DNA of 63,287 nucleotides, filler included, from Octopus bimaculoides (lineage: Eukaryota): NCBI RefSeq assembly GCF_001194135.2. It is 6 parts of 4 records of this genome, joined end to end, with 100 filler letters (N's around TTAATTAATTAA, not from the genome) between each part and the next. Parts side by side here need not be neighbours in the genome. Positions count along the whole stretch, not along the records: positions 60,266 to 63,287 come from NW_026432425.1; 5 more parts are not named here. The stretch is one strand, 5' to 3'. This document shows positions 62,031 through 63,287 of the stretch, in pieces. The notes beneath the pieces were generated by a model, which saw nothing but the letters and a program-made list of their open reading frames with translations, ran no database searches and was not told where the DNA came from. The number at the start of each line of letters is the position of its first letter. Position 1 is the stretch's first letter. A program made the position numbers and the translations under genes.

Positions 62031-62885
62031 ATAGGTGCAGGCGATGCTGTGTGGTAAGGCAATGAGCTGGCAGAAACGTTAGCACATCGGGCAAAATGCT
62101 TAGCGGTATTTTGTCTGCCGTTACGTTCTGAGTTCAAATTCTGCCGAGGTCGACTTTGCCTTTCATCCTTTCGGGGTCGATAAATTAAGTACCAGTTACG
62201 CACTGGGGTCGATGTAATCAACTTAATCTCTTTGTCTGTCCTTGCTTGTCCCCTCAATGTTCAACCCCTTGTGGGCAATAAAGAAATAAGAATCGTTAGC
62301 ACGCTGGGCGAAATGCTTAGCGGTATTTCATCATGTCTTTATGTTCTGAGTTCAAATTCCGCCGAGGTCGACTTTGCCTTTCATCCTTTCAGGGTCGATA
62401 AATTAAGTAGCCGTTACACACTGGGGTCGATGTAATCGACTTAATCTCTTTGTGTGTCCTTGTTTGTCCCCTCTATGTTTAGCCCCTTGTGGGCAATAAA
62501 GAAATAAGAAGCTTGCTTCTTGCGTGGCATATTGGACAAGTCTCTTCTGCTATACCCTCGGGTTGAACAAAGCCTTGTGAGTGGATTTGGAAAACGGAAA
62601 CTGAAAGAAGCCCGTCGTATATAATGTGTGTGTATATGCATGTGCGTATTTGTGTGTGTGTGTGTGTCTTTGTGTCTGTGTTTGTTCCCCCATCACCGGT
62701 GTGGGTATGGTTACGTGTCCGCAATTTAGCGGTTCAGAGAAAAAGACAAATAGAATAAATAGTAGACTTAAGAAATAAGTACTGGGGTTGATTTATTCCA
62801 CTAAAACCCTTCAGGGCGGTGCTCCAGCATGGCCGTAGTCAAAAGACTGAATTAGATAAAAGAGTAAGAGAAAAAAGGATAAAAG
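62031..62885 (+). mobile_element. SINE-A with a SINE-B dimer (62055-62508) inserted in its tRNA head
   Basis: gctgtgtggTAAG [gcaatgagctggcag...aataaagaaaTAAG] aagcttgcttc; SINE-B units have a 218-bp period. Confidence 0.85.
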
Positions 62886-63287
62886 AATATATATGTTAGT
62901 GCGCGCGTGTATATACACACACACTCACACATGCGCGCGCCAGTGTGCACATACACTTAAGTGTGCATATGTAGATAGATAGATAGATAGATAGATAGAT
63001 ACTGCGTGGGCAGCATGAAAATTTGGTAACAAGTGGTGATAAAGAAAGGAAAACATAAATATATTGGTATATTTGTGCGCTTGCATGCGTGTTTCCGTAC
63101 ACTAACAGCTGTGAGCGCGTCCGCTGTTTGTAACAGGCAATTAATAATTCTTCTGAAGTCTTCGTATCTATTAAAAGCGTAGGTGTGCTTCGGGTGTATT
63201 TCAGTTGTATGTGAACTATATACATACATATATGTGTGCGTATGTGTGTGTGCATGTGTGTTTGCTTCTCTGTGTGTGTTTACTTCT

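Overview
AT-rich, gap-ridden animal genomic DNA made almost entirely of repeats and microsatellites. The SINE families, the dinucleotide-repeat density and the 5S remnant look like an octopus/coleoid cephalopod genome (my inference, not verified). I found no host protein-coding gene I can support; only a few weak exon candidates. Recognisable content: three tRNA-headed SINE families (here called SINE-A, -B, -C), decayed Tc1/mariner, hAT and piggyBac-type DNA transposons, RTE/CR1-like LINE remnants, Penelope-like (GIY-YIG) remnants, the 5' half of a Ty3/Gypsy element with a tRNA-Trp PBS, and a 5S rRNA pseudogene. The most interesting signal is a dispersed set of about 12 minimal type-I hammerhead-ribozyme-like motifs (CUGANGA...GAAA...NUH) from at least 6-7 distinct repeat families. 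Several have palindromic or zero-length loop 3, and they sit inside long inverted repeats or ~350-360 bp partial tandem repeats, i.e. a Penelope/retrozyme-like landscape. The best candidate is an apparently intact hammerhead (54590-54634, minus strand) sitting exactly in the loop of a ~150 bp-arm foldback. All folding was done by eye, coordinates of degenerate repeats are approximate, and no activity is demonstrated.
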